A stretch of 64,000 bases of DNA from Terriglobia bacterium (GTDB taxonomy: Bacteria; Acidobacteriota; Terriglobia; Bryobacterales; Bryobacteraceae). The position numbers were made by a program, and so were the translations under genes. The DNA is taken from the NCBI GenBank assembly GCA_963752965.1, contig CAVWAJ010000007.1, forward strand, positions 489,898-553,897. Reading direction: 5' to 3'. Positions 8,968 through 17,911 of the stretch are shown one piece after another (position 1 is the first letter of the stretch; each line of letters starts with the position of its first letter). The notes under the pieces are model-generated. The model was not told where the DNA came from. It ran no database searches and saw only the letters and a list, made by a program, of their open reading frames with translations.

Positions 8968-9942
8968 ATGGTTGGGCACCTATTAATATGTCTGCTGCTC
9001 TGGCAAACGCCGGAAAACCCCGTCGCTCGCGCCACCGCCCTGATGGAAGCTGGAAAGCTCAAAGAAGCCCGGGAGGTGTTGGCTGGGGCGGACGCCTCAT
9101 CGCCCGGTGCGGCCTACCTTCGCGGGTTCATCAGCTATCGCCTGCATGACTATGTCTCGGCTGCGAGAGCTCTCGAGCAAGCCGTGGCAGCCATACCCGA
9201 GACGAGCCCGAAGTATCGGGAGACTGTTCAGATGATTGGACAAAGCGAGTATTTGTCGGGGCACATTGCCGCCGCCATTCCTTGGCTGGAGAAGGCTCAG
9301 GCATCCGGCTCCCATAGCAACGAGCTGTTCTACATGCTCGGAAACAGCTACCTGCAAGCGCGTCAAATCGAAAATGGTAGGGCTGCGCTGGCCCGGACGT
9401 TCGGCGTGCCGGCGGATTCGGGAGCCGCCCGTCTTTTCACGGCACAGATGCTGGTCCGCCTGGAGTTCGAAGACGACGCGCAGCGCGAACTGGAAGCGGC
9501 CATGGCGCGCGAGCCCAAACTTCCCGGAGCACATTACATGCTCGGGGAAATCGCCATATATCGCGGCCAGACAGGCCGCGCCGTTGACGAGCTGAGCCGG
9601 GAAATCGCACTCAATCCGGATTTTGCCATGGCCTACTACCGGCTCGGCGATGCCTACACGCGCCAGGAGGATTGGGATCACGCTGTTCCGCCGCTTGAGC
9701 GGGCCATCTGGCTGAACCCCACCTATAGCGGGCCGTACATCCTGTTGGGCAAGGCGTACTTCAAGAAATCGGACTTATCCAATGCCGAGCACATGCTGCG
9801 TCGAGCCTTGCAAATGGACCCGCGAAATGCATCGGCACACTACTTACTCGGCCGGACCCTGATACAGGCCGGACGCGCCGACGAAGGTAAGAAACTACTG
9901 CGCCGCTGGGAGGAATTACGCCAGGAATCGGGAGAAAAATGA
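8968..9942 (+). CDS. TPR repeat protein (tandem paralog 2)
   Basis: 324 aa. Its ATG directly abuts the TAA of the previous gene. The C-terminal about 110 aa are collinear with paralog 1 (AYYRLGDAYTRQEDWDHAVPPLERAIWLNPTYSGPYILLGKAYFKKSDLSNAEHMLRRALQMDPRNA). Confidence 0.8.
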   Translation: MVGHLLICLLLWQTPENPVARATALMEAGKLKEAREVLAGADASSPGAAYLRGFISYRLHDYVSAARALEQAVAAIPETSPKYRETVQMIGQSEYLSGHIAAAIPWLEKAQASGSHSNELFYMLGNSYLQARQIENGRAALARTFGVPADSGAARLFTAQMLVRLEFEDDAQRELEAAMAREPKLPGAHYMLGEIAIYRGQTGRAVDELSREIALNPDFAMAYYRLGDAYTRQEDWDHAVPPLERAIWLNPTYSGPYILLGKAYFKKSDLSNAEHMLRRALQMDPRNASAHYLLGRTLIQAGRADEGKKLLRRWEELRQESGEK

Positions 9943-9990
9943 ACCCGAGCGGTGAAGGCGGGCGGCTCGCATTGCCGCCTCGCGCGTCAT

Positions 9991-11226
9991 CTATTTTATT
10001 GCATCGTTCCTCTGTAGCATCGTGCCCAACTCGGCCTCTTTGGCGCGCTTCACTTCTTGCCCTTTGGCAAAAGCGGCCTTGCTCCCTTCCACATCGCCTT
10101 TCTGACGCAACAGTTGGCCGAGCGTGTTGTAAGGACCCGGGTCGCCCGGTCTCAAACGAATCGCCGTGCGCAGCGCGGTCTCAGCGCCATCCAGGTCTCC
10201 CTTTTGCTTCAGTGCGGTTCCCAGCATCAGGTGAGCTTCGCCGTAATCCGGGCGCAGCGCGATGGCCGCCCGCATCTCCTTGGCCGCCTCGTCGAAGGCG
10301 CCCGTCTGCCAGTACGCGATGCCCAAGGTGTAATGCGCTTCAAACATGCCCGGATCCAGTTCCAGAGCACGCCGCAACTCGGCCTCGGCGGCCTCGATCT
10401 GGTCTTTGTTCTTCAGGGCGACGCCGAGATCATAATGTGCACCGGCCAGATTCGGATCGCGCCGGAGTGCCTCCCGGAACTGCTCCACGGCCTTGTCCAG
10501 ATCGCCCTTTTGCATGTAGGCGAACCCCATATTGACTCGCGCCATGATGTGCGACGGTTCCGCCTCCAGGATCTGCGCAAACTGTGCAATTCCTTCGTCG
10601 GCTTGGCGCGTGTTGACCAGCGTGGTTCCCAGGTTGTTGCGGGCATCCAGATTGGCCGGGTCGAGATCCACCGCGTGCCGGTACCCATCCAGTGCTCCGG
10701 GCAGATCGCCGGTCTGCTGCAAGGCCATGCCCAGCGAGTTCCACACATCCGCGCGCTTTGGATCGAGCGCGACCGCTTGCCGCAAATGCGGCACGGCTTC
10801 CGCGAACTGGCCGTCCGACTTGAGCGCTTCCCCGAGCCGGTAACGATAATCGAAGTTGCCGGGATCGAGTACCACGGCGCTTTCGAGATGTGGAATGCTG
10901 CGGCCGTGATCCTCCGCCAGCCAATAAGCCACGCCCAAATGATATTGTGCGGGCGCGAATTTCGGATCGAGATCGATGGCATGCTGGAATCTCTCAACGG
11001 CTTCTTCGCGGCGATGCAGGACAGCCAACAGAAAGCCGGCTTCGTCTTGCAGGCGCGCGGAAGTGGGATCCAGCGCGGCCGCTTGCTCATAGGCAGCCAG
11101 GGCTCCCGCCGCATCACCCCGAGACTTCAACGCCGCGCCGCGGGACTCTAGATCCCGAACAGAGTCAGCGGCGCTCGACACTACATACACTGACAGGAGT
11201 AAAGCAAGCACCCGCACTTGGGACAT
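9991..11226 (-). CDS. Exported TPR repeat protein
   Basis: 411 aa. Signal peptide MSQVRVLALLLSVYVVSSAADS. About 10 canonical 34-aa TPR units (e.g. AQYHLGVAYWLAEDHGRSIPHLESAVVLDPGN). Confidence 0.85.
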   Translation of the reverse strand: MSQVRVLALLLSVYVVSSAADSVRDLESRGAALKSRGDAAGALAAYEQAAALDPTSARLQDEAGFLLAVLHRREEAVERFQHAIDLDPKFAPAQYHLGVAYWLAEDHGRSIPHLESAVVLDPGNFDYRYRLGEALKSDGQFAEAVPHLRQAVALDPKRADVWNSLGMALQQTGDLPGALDGYRHAVDLDPANLDARNNLGTTLVNTRQADEGIAQFAQILEAEPSHIMARVNMGFAYMQKGDLDKAVEQFREALRRDPNLAGAHYDLGVALKNKDQIEAAEAELRRALELDPGMFEAHYTLGIAYWQTGAFDEAAKEMRAAIALRPDYGEAHLMLGTALKQKGDLDGAETALRTAIRLRPGDPGPYNTLGQLLRQKGDVEGSKAAFAKGQEVKRAKEAELGTMLQRNDAIK

Positions 11227-11324
11227 TATAGATGTGGTGCCTTGCTACAGTACACGCCCTCGATTGTTACAACCGCTAAAATTCGATCTTGCAAAACTTT
11301 GCAGGCCTTGTTACTCTGCGTGTC

Positions 11325-12587
11325 ATGTCGGTTACTGGGGTCACGGTTGCCGAATATGAACAAAAATTTCGGCAAGTTGAACGGGTTATTGGGAGTGACG
11401 TACTACACGGGTCCGAGTCGCTGTGCAAATTGCTGCGTTATTTGGCGGAACATTGCATTGAGCACCCCGGCGCAAGCGTCAAAGAGTATCAGATCGCGAC
11501 CGAGCTATTCAAGCGGCCGGCGGATTTCGATCCGCGCATGGACTCCACCGTGCGCGTGCAAACAGGCCGGTTACGCTCAAAACTGGCGGAATATTACACG
11601 CACGCCGGCGCAGAGGATCACTGGATCATCGAGATCCCTAAAGGCGCATATTCGCTGGTGTTCTTCCCACGCACCTTACACCAGGAAGCTGCAGCCCAAA
11701 CACTGGGGGTTGAGCACTCGTTACCGCAAGCGCCTGCGCCACAACGCAACTATAAGCCCTGGTTTTTCAGCACGATCGCGCTGTCTTTCGCATTAGCTGT
11801 CTGCACTGCCGCACTCTGGTTGGCCCTGAATCGGCCCGGGGTTCGCGCCCAAACGAAGCCGTCCGGAGCTTTGGCGTTCTTTTGGAGCGACTTCGTCGAT
11901 ACCCCCTACGAGCCTTGGGTGATATTCAGCAACGCCGAATTCATCGGCCGGCCCGAGACCGGCATGCACTACTTCAACCCTGCGGTGGATCGGAGGCAGC
12001 CGATCCTGGATCACTACACGGGTGTCGGTGAAGTCCTTGGTATTCATGAACTTGACCGGGTATTCGCCTCTCTCCACCACGGGTTGCGAGTGAAGCGGGG
12101 GCGCCTGCTTTCGCTGGATGATGCGAAAAACAACGATTTGATCTTCGTCGGATCGCCCTCCGAAAACCTATCGCTATTGGAAATTCCCACAACTAAAGAC
12201 TTTGTCTTCCAGCGGGTGGACCACGGCCCACGCAAGGGTGACCTATCCATCCGTGACGTGCATCCAAGGCCCGGCGAAGCCACTTCATATCTGAGCACGG
12301 CGGAACTGCCGATTATGGAAGACTATGCAGTGATTGGACTTATGCCCGGCATGAATCCGGCGCGACACGTCATGCTGCTGGCGGGTCTCACAACCATCGG
12401 AACGCAAGCGGCGGTCGAGTACGTCAGCCGCCCCGGCACCGTGGAGGACCTGCTAAAGCGCATCGATGGTTCACAATCCCGTAAAGCCGCACCGTTTGAA
12501 GCAGTTGTGCGGGTGAAAGTGACGCAGGGGGTGCCGGTTGATACGGAAGTTGTCGCACTGCACTTGCGCGGCTCACTCGGCCAGTAA
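11325..12587 (+). CDS. Membrane-anchored ToxR/CadC-like regulator (N-terminal OmpR-type winged helix, one TM, periplasmic domain)
   Basis: ATG at 11325 (the ORF is open from a TTG at 11289). wHTH-like block SVKEYQIATELFKRPADFDPRMDSTVRVQTGRLRSKLAEYY. Single TM WFFSTIALSFALAVCTAALWLAL. About 230-aa C-terminal domain of unknown family. Confidence 0.6.
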   Translation: MSVTGVTVAEYEQKFRQVERVIGSDVLHGSESLCKLLRYLAEHCIEHPGASVKEYQIATELFKRPADFDPRMDSTVRVQTGRLRSKLAEYYTHAGAEDHWIIEIPKGAYSLVFFPRTLHQEAAAQTLGVEHSLPQAPAPQRNYKPWFFSTIALSFALAVCTAALWLALNRPGVRAQTKPSGALAFFWSDFVDTPYEPWVIFSNAEFIGRPETGMHYFNPAVDRRQPILDHYTGVGEVLGIHELDRVFASLHHGLRVKRGRLLSLDDAKNNDLIFVGSPSENLSLLEIPTTKDFVFQRVDHGPRKGDLSIRDVHPRPGEATSYLSTAELPIMEDYAVIGLMPGMNPARHVMLLAGLTTIGTQAAVEYVSRPGTVEDLLKRIDGSQSRKAAPFEAVVRVKVTQGVPVDTEVVALHLRGSLGQ

Positions 12588-14153
12588 CTCCTTTTGTTGC
12601 TCCGGCGGCAGTTCGTCCAATAACGCCGTAAATGCGGCATTGGTCCAGCCAAATCCCGCCTCATTTGAGCTGTAGCCGAAGTGAATATTTCCGCTGACCC
12701 GAGAAGTGCGACGAACGGCATCGTACTTCTCGACGATAATTCCGCTCTCGCGGTACTGCTCGCGTACAAGGGAGAGGAATTCACGAGTAATACGATCGGC
12801 TTCGGTACGATAGCCGTAGCGGCGCAGCCCCTGGACCGCAATCATCTCGAGAGGGGCCCAGGCAAAAGGGGCGTCCCACTGGTTGCCGCTCTCATTGGTG
12901 CTGGTTTGGAGACCACCGGGGCGCTCAAACATGGGAAGATTGCGCACGACCGCGGCGGCTTGTTCTTTACTGGCGAGGCCTGCCCACAAGGGATAGAACG
13001 TGGTGAGAAACGGGTACACGCGCCGGCGGCTGTGGACGAATTCGTAGTCGAAATAAAGCCCGGCCTGCCCGTCCCACATCAGCTTGTTGATGCGGTCCGC
13101 TCGATCCGTCGCGCGCTTTTCCCAGATGGCCGCATCCGGCGGACGATCGAGGATACGAAGAATTTCCGCGGTTTGCGATTCCATCAAATAAAGGAGCGAG
13201 TTCAGACAAACCGGATCGTAGTGGATCACGTCGACATTGAACTGGCCGAAGCGGTTGGAGGGATCGAATCCGGATTCCCGCATGGAGCGGTCACCCTTGT
13301 AGAAGAGCGTCGTCAGGATGTCGCGCTTCGGGTCGAAGTACTCGCCTACGTCGTAGTCGGCGACCTTGTGGGTGCGGTAATACTGTTTGATCAATTCGTA
13401 GTGCGTGTTGCCCTGCGCGTCTTTCTCCGCCGAGAGAACCTCCGGAGCGGGGCCTTCTCCAAGATCGTAGTAGCGGGACAAGCCAGTGGCGGGCGTCAGG
13501 TGCGGTTCCGTGGTCCAGTAGCTGTAATATCTTTCGATCGCAGGAAAGGAACTCTCGAGCCACTTGCGGTCTGGCGCCTTGCGGTACACGCCGAGCAGCA
13601 TTTCAGTAAGAAACGGGGGCTGCGACCGGGTGAGGTAGTAGGTGCGATTCGCGTTGAGTATCTTGCCGTATTCGCGGATCTCGTACAGAAAATTGTCCGC
13701 CATATCCCGGGCAAGATCTATCTCGCCATCGCGCAGCAACCCGACCTGGATGAAGTAGCTGTCCCAACCGTACATTTCGTTGAAGCGTCCACCGGGTACA
13801 ACATAGGGACGCGGAAGGTACAGTAGACCAGGCTCGCGAAGCGCGGCAGAGTCCGGAGGCAGACGGCGGAGGTCGATTTTCCGCAAATCGGCCGGCGAAA
13901 GGTCCTGGCGCAGTTGTTGCTGGATGCCCGCGAGATTGGCGGTTTGCGATACATAGACCGGCCAGCGGCCATCCGGTTCGGCATGAAATTTTGGATCTAC
14001 GGCTGCTGACGCGAGAGTGTGGTTGGAGCGCGTTAACACGGCCCACGTGTGCTTGATGTAAGAGAGAATTGGCTCGGGTGCCTGCTGGGTCTGCTGGGCC
14101 GCAAGGGCAAATGTGGCCAGACACGAAATCGTGATCGTGCGCGATCGGGTCAT
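12573..14153 (-). CDS. treA: Periplasmic alpha,alpha-trehalase (GH37)
   Basis: 526 aa with a signal peptide. Both GH37 signature regions are present: PGGRFNEMYGWDSYF and QWDAPFAWAPLEMIAVQGLRRYG. Also RSQPPFLTEML. Confidence 0.9.
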   Translation of the reverse strand: MTRSRTITISCLATFALAAQQTQQAPEPILSYIKHTWAVLTRSNHTLASAAVDPKFHAEPDGRWPVYVSQTANLAGIQQQLRQDLSPADLRKIDLRRLPPDSAALREPGLLYLPRPYVVPGGRFNEMYGWDSYFIQVGLLRDGEIDLARDMADNFLYEIREYGKILNANRTYYLTRSQPPFLTEMLLGVYRKAPDRKWLESSFPAIERYYSYWTTEPHLTPATGLSRYYDLGEGPAPEVLSAEKDAQGNTHYELIKQYYRTHKVADYDVGEYFDPKRDILTTLFYKGDRSMRESGFDPSNRFGQFNVDVIHYDPVCLNSLLYLMESQTAEILRILDRPPDAAIWEKRATDRADRINKLMWDGQAGLYFDYEFVHSRRRVYPFLTTFYPLWAGLASKEQAAAVVRNLPMFERPGGLQTSTNESGNQWDAPFAWAPLEMIAVQGLRRYGYRTEADRITREFLSLVREQYRESGIIVEKYDAVRRTSRVSGNIHFGYSSNEAGFGWTNAAFTALLDELPPEQQKELLAE

Positions 14154-14163
14154 TTCTGCCTCC

Positions 14164-16650
14164 TTACCAGGTGAAGGTTACTTTTGCTCGTTGGTAGCCG
14201 GTGCCGGTTGGAAACCGGAGCCGCAGCTTGGAGCCGGATACCTCCGCTCCGGCTGCCCGCACATTCTTGGCATTGAGCCGGAGCGACAGATCATATTCGG
14301 AGCCAGCCGGCGCTTCGAAATCCACGGCGAAACGATTGGCCTCGCGGCGCTCGCCTACAACTTTCAAGCCCATGGTCTGGGAACCGGGCAGAGGCAGCTC
14401 GCCCGGGATGCCAAGTTCCACTCCGGGCAACGGCAACGTGAGTTCATGCACGAGAGCAGCCGGCTCATGACACGGCTGGTCGCGCGGGGCCGACTGGCCG
14501 ACCAGGCATACGACCTCAGGCGTTGCCGAACGCGCGCGGATAATCAGGTGGTCCGCCTGGCGGGCAAACTCGATATCGAGCCGAGATGTACCAAACGGCA
14601 CATTACGAAGGCGCGCATGGTCCCACACCGCGGGAAGGTTTGGCGCAATTCGCAACGTGCGATCGAGCGCGTCCCAATCCAGGCCGAACAGACCGCGCAG
14701 CGCGGGCGTCAATACCATAGCCGACGACCAGACCTGGTGCGAGCTGCTGCGCCCCAAGGGCTGGAAGAACTCACCCGATAACAACTCCGTGACCGCGCCC
14801 AGATCCTGCGCCCACGTGAGCCCTGCATTCTGCATTAAGTGCGCGTACCCGGAGAGCGGCCTGCCGGATCGATACTCGGCAAGCGAGACCCAACCGGTGA
14901 ATAGCGGCCAGACAGAGCCCTGGTGATAACTGAGCGGATCGTAGAACGGGGTGCGATCGCTGATGTCGCGCGTACCCCAATCGGTGGAGAATTCGGGCGA
15001 TGCCCAGCGGCTCAACATATTGCCGGCCCGCGGGAGGGCAAGCCGCCCCGTCCACCATGCGACCGCCGGATAAATGGTTGCGGTGTGATCCAAGCTGCCG
15101 TCCGGGTTGCGGCTGAATGCGTAAAACTGAGTGGACGAATCGCAGTATTCAGGGTCGAGCTTGGCGCGGATCTCGTCCGCTTTCCGGCGAGCCTGTGTAG
15201 ACGCGGTGCTGTCATTCATCAGCGCGGCAAGCCGCGACATGGCCTCGGCAGACTGTTGATCGAGCGCAGCGAGGTACATCTCCTGGTGCGGCATGCCTGG
15301 TGGCCAGGATTCGACCCACCCGGTTCCCTCGGTATTTTCGTAGATGCCGTCGCCATCCGAGTCGTGAGCCCTTGTAAAGGCATACGCGCGTTCGACCGCA
15401 TCCCAATGAGACCGCAGGAATGCCACGTCGCCGCTGGCATTGACGTAATCCTCCATGGCCATCACGAATAGCGGCGTCGAGTCAGCCGCGGCATACCAAT
15501 AGGGCATGGATTTCCAGTCCACCAGGTCGGCCGCCTGGGAAAACTCGTGCATGATTTTGCCGTCGGCGCGCTGCCGGCGAGTCAGGAACTCGAGTACTTG
15601 CCGGGTGAGCGCGAAATCCCCGTAGCTATTGACGGCGTACGAGGTCCAGAGGGAATCGCGGCCGAAGAACCAACCATATCCGGGCCGAGCGGAATCGCCG
15701 GACCCAAAATAGCCCGCCACCAGGCCGTTTTCGTCATGAAATTTGACGCGCCCCTGATCGATCGCGACGGCGGCCCAGCGCAGGGCCCGGTCAAAGTCCG
15801 CATCCGGCGTTTCAGCAGTCAGACGCGTGTCAAAGAAATGCGCGTAGTAGTCCCGGGTCTTCCCATAAAGCTCGAGAATGTGATCATTGAGGGCGGCGAG
15901 TTGGCGCTCCGGATCGACGTTCCGGCCGCCCATCGCGATCAGCAACGGAAAGAATAGGTTCGAATCAGTCTTCGGGTCAAAGGAGAGCTTCCATTCTGGA
16001 AGATACGCCTGTGGGCGATCCTGGTAAGGAGGCAAGACGCCGGGCTTGGCTCCGGGCATAGCCACGGCGGCGAAAAAATCCGGATTGTCGGTGCCCAGCG
16101 TGTAATATCCGCCATTCTCCCAGTCGGCACCCGGAACACCGAAGTTGGGCGCGGGCCACATGCGAAGCATTTCGGGCTTAAAACGAAACGTCAGGCGCAT
16201 GGGCCGGACGGCCGCGATTTCAAAGAGCACGATGATGCCCGCGTTGTCACCGCGCGTAGCGAACATTCGCTGCTTCAAGGCGAAGGCGGCGTCGGAATAA
16301 GTGATCGTCGTCATTGCGGGCGAGACTTCGATGACGGAGGCCAGCTTGTTCACGTCGACTGGCACGGGAAAATCCGCCATTTCCGCGGTAATCCGAAACT
16401 GACTCAGAATCTTGACCGGGTACAACCAGGCTTCGAAAATCCCGCTCTGCTCGCCGAGGATGGCCCCTTGTCCTCCGGCGATGGTGAATGGCTTACCCGC
16501 CTCCACGGGCCGTGTGATGGTGAGTGGATCGGCACCGAGCGGGAATCGCGGGACGGGCCGCAGAGTAGGCGATGGCTGCGCGGCTGCGACCGCGGCAGCC
16601 AGCCAGATGGCCGGCGCCAGGAGCAATAACCTCCGCGGCCGATCGCTCAT
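14164..16650 (-). CDS. Exported (alpha/alpha)6-barrel glycoside hydrolase, glycogen-debranching-enzyme C-terminal (GDE_C)-like
   Basis: Preferred start is the ATG at 16650 (MSDRPRRLLLLAPAIWLAAAVAAA, RR leader). The track ORF opens at a TTG at 16707. GDE_C-like core: YGWFFGRDSLWTSYAVNSYGDFALTRQVLEFL, ADGKIMHE, DSTPLFV, SYHQGSVWPLFTGW. Lies 10 nt downstream of treA on the same strand. Confidence 0.7.
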   Translation of the reverse strand: MSDRPRRLLLLAPAIWLAAAVAAAQPSPTLRPVPRFPLGADPLTITRPVEAGKPFTIAGGQGAILGEQSGIFEAWLYPVKILSQFRITAEMADFPVPVDVNKLASVIEVSPAMTTITYSDAAFALKQRMFATRGDNAGIIVLFEIAAVRPMRLTFRFKPEMLRMWPAPNFGVPGADWENGGYYTLGTDNPDFFAAVAMPGAKPGVLPPYQDRPQAYLPEWKLSFDPKTDSNLFFPLLIAMGGRNVDPERQLAALNDHILELYGKTRDYYAHFFDTRLTAETPDADFDRALRWAAVAIDQGRVKFHDENGLVAGYFGSGDSARPGYGWFFGRDSLWTSYAVNSYGDFALTRQVLEFLTRRQRADGKIMHEFSQAADLVDWKSMPYWYAAADSTPLFVMAMEDYVNASGDVAFLRSHWDAVERAYAFTRAHDSDGDGIYENTEGTGWVESWPPGMPHQEMYLAALDQQSAEAMSRLAALMNDSTASTQARRKADEIRAKLDPEYCDSSTQFYAFSRNPDGSLDHTATIYPAVAWWTGRLALPRAGNMLSRWASPEFSTDWGTRDISDRTPFYDPLSYHQGSVWPLFTGWVSLAEYRSGRPLSGYAHLMQNAGLTWAQDLGAVTELLSGEFFQPLGRSSSHQVWSSAMVLTPALRGLFGLDWDALDRTLRIAPNLPAVWDHARLRNVPFGTSRLDIEFARQADHLIIRARSATPEVVCLVGQSAPRDQPCHEPAALVHELTLPLPGVELGIPGELPLPGSQTMGLKVVGERREANRFAVDFEAPAGSEYDLSLRLNAKNVRAAGAEVSGSKLRLRFPTGTGYQRAKVTFTW

Positions 16651-16790
16651 AGAGTTCAAGGTAAATGAGTATGAAGCAAAGTTCTCCACATTGCCAGCGA
16701 TATTCAAGAAGATAGCCTGGAAGTAATCTCAAAAAGTGCCTCCCGGACGGGCAGTGGTGCGTATTTGTCTTGTGAGTGAGAGGAGAAATC

Positions 16791-17324
16791 ATGAAAATCG
16801 CAATGATGATGGTGGCGGCGTTGGTTCCGCTCTGTGCCCAGGAAGTCAAGCTGCCGGCGAACCTGGATGCGCTGTCCGCAAAGGCCGTGGAGTCGGTGGA
16901 TGTGACGTTGGACGGTTCCATGTTGCGGCTGGCAGCGAAGTTTGCCGGTAAGGAAGACACGAATGACAAGGTGAAGAAGCTGCTTGCCGGGCTGGAAGGT
17001 GTCTACGTTCGGAGTTACCAGTTCGCCGGAGAAGGGGAATACAACAAGGCGGATGTGGATGCGGTTCGCACCCAGTTCCAGCCGCCGGCGTGGTCGCGCA
17101 TCGTGGGTGTTCGCTCGAAACGCCACGATAACGATGTCGACGTCTACTTCAAGACCGCCGGAAACGGGTCCTTGGGCGGCATTGTGGTGATCAGCGCCGA
17201 ACCGAAGGAGCTGACCATCGTGAACATCGTGGGAACGATCGACCCGGCGCAACTGTCGCAACTGGGTGGGCAGTTCCACATTCCGGAACTCGATGTGAAT
17301 GCGGGCCAGAAGGAGACCAAATGA
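16791..17324 (+). CDS. Exported DUF4252-like protein
   Basis: ATG at 16791 preceded by aggaga (16781-16786). Signal peptide MKIAMMMVAALVPLCAQE. The overall pattern (VDVTLDGSMLRLAAKF...LEGVYVRSYQF...IVVISAEPKELTIVNIVG) is typical of DUF4252. Confidence 0.6.
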   Translation: MKIAMMMVAALVPLCAQEVKLPANLDALSAKAVESVDVTLDGSMLRLAAKFAGKEDTNDKVKKLLAGLEGVYVRSYQFAGEGEYNKADVDAVRTQFQPPAWSRIVGVRSKRHDNDVDVYFKTAGNGSLGGIVVISAEPKELTIVNIVGTIDPAQLSQLGGQFHIPELDVNAGQKETK

Positions 17325-17809
17325 GAATCCGATTAGTGGTGGCGTTTCTGGCCGCGTGCAGCGCCGCCGTAGCGGGGGAAGCGGAATTCGATCGCATCGT
17401 GAAAGCCATTGAATCGCACTATGGAACCAAGCAGACGCACATTCCATTCCTGGGCGCGGCGGACTTCTTCCTCAAGGTGCGCCGGCCGGCAGGCGCGGGC
17501 GAATTCAAACTGGCTGTGTTCGAGAATCTCGACTCCTCCCGGGCCTCCGGAGATCCAGCCGAGCTAGACCGTGTCATGTCCGGGATGTCGGGACTCCATC
17601 CGCTGGTGCGCGTTCATTCGCGCCGAAACGGGGAAGCGACGTACATCTATGCGGACGAAAGCGGAAAATCGGCCAAAATGCTGATCGCGGCCTTTGAGCA
17701 CAACCAGGCAACGGTAGTGCAAGTCAAGGTCGACTTGAAAACGCTACTCCAGGCGGTAGAAGACCCGGAAGGGGCAAGTAAGTCGCTCGGTGCGACAGAC
17801 GACCGTTGA
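17321..17809 (+). CDS. Exported hypothetical protein, possibly distantly DUF4252-related
   Basis: 162 aa. ATGA overlap with the upstream gene. Signal peptide MRIRLVVAFLAACSAAVAG. GC3-rich codon usage. Confidence 0.55.
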   Translation: MRIRLVVAFLAACSAAVAGEAEFDRIVKAIESHYGTKQTHIPFLGAADFFLKVRRPAGAGEFKLAVFENLDSSRASGDPAELDRVMSGMSGLHPLVRVHSRRNGEATYIYADESGKSAKMLIAAFEHNQATVVQVKVDLKTLLQAVEDPEGASKSLGATDDR

Positions 17810-17836
17810 CTCCCGGCGTACCTCAGGCTGACCCTA

Positions 17837-17865
17837 TTGACAGAGTGGGTCTCGGGCGCTAAAAA
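17837..17865 (+). promoter_or_regulatory. Sigma70-type promoter of the formate dehydrogenase operon
   Basis: TTGACA (17837-17842), 17-nt spacer, TAAAAA (17860-17865). AAGGAG Shine-Dalgarno at 17897-17902, 9 nt before the ATG at 17912. Confidence 0.5.
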
Positions 17866-17911
17866 TAAGACCATCTCCCGAGGCTGTAACTGGTAAAAGG
17901 AGCGTCATTTG

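Noticed and set aside
9956-9980. A GC-rich hairpin (ggcggc / gccgcc) between the convergent TPR genes, considered as a possible terminator.
   Set aside because: The stem is only 6 bp, and the nearest T-rich run starts about 12 nt away. That is too weak to call.
10057-11151. A 364-aa plus-strand ORF (plus 10413-11117 and 10430-10924 on the minus strand) overlapping the TPR gene at 9991-11226.
   Set aside because: Arg/His/Gln-rich low-complexity translations are typical of antisense or out-of-frame reading in GC-rich DNA. The 411-aa frame gives canonical TPR repeats and a signal peptide.
12681-13826. A 381-aa plus-strand ORF antisense to treA.
   Set aside because: The opposite frame contains both GH37 trehalase signatures. 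The antisense product has no recognisable motifs and an Arg/Val/Gly-rich composition.
16704-17447. A 247-aa minus-strand ORF overlapping both DUF4252-like genes.
   Set aside because: The plus-strand genes have signal peptides, an SD (aggaga) and an ATGA coupling junction. The minus-strand translation is Arg/His-rich without motifs.
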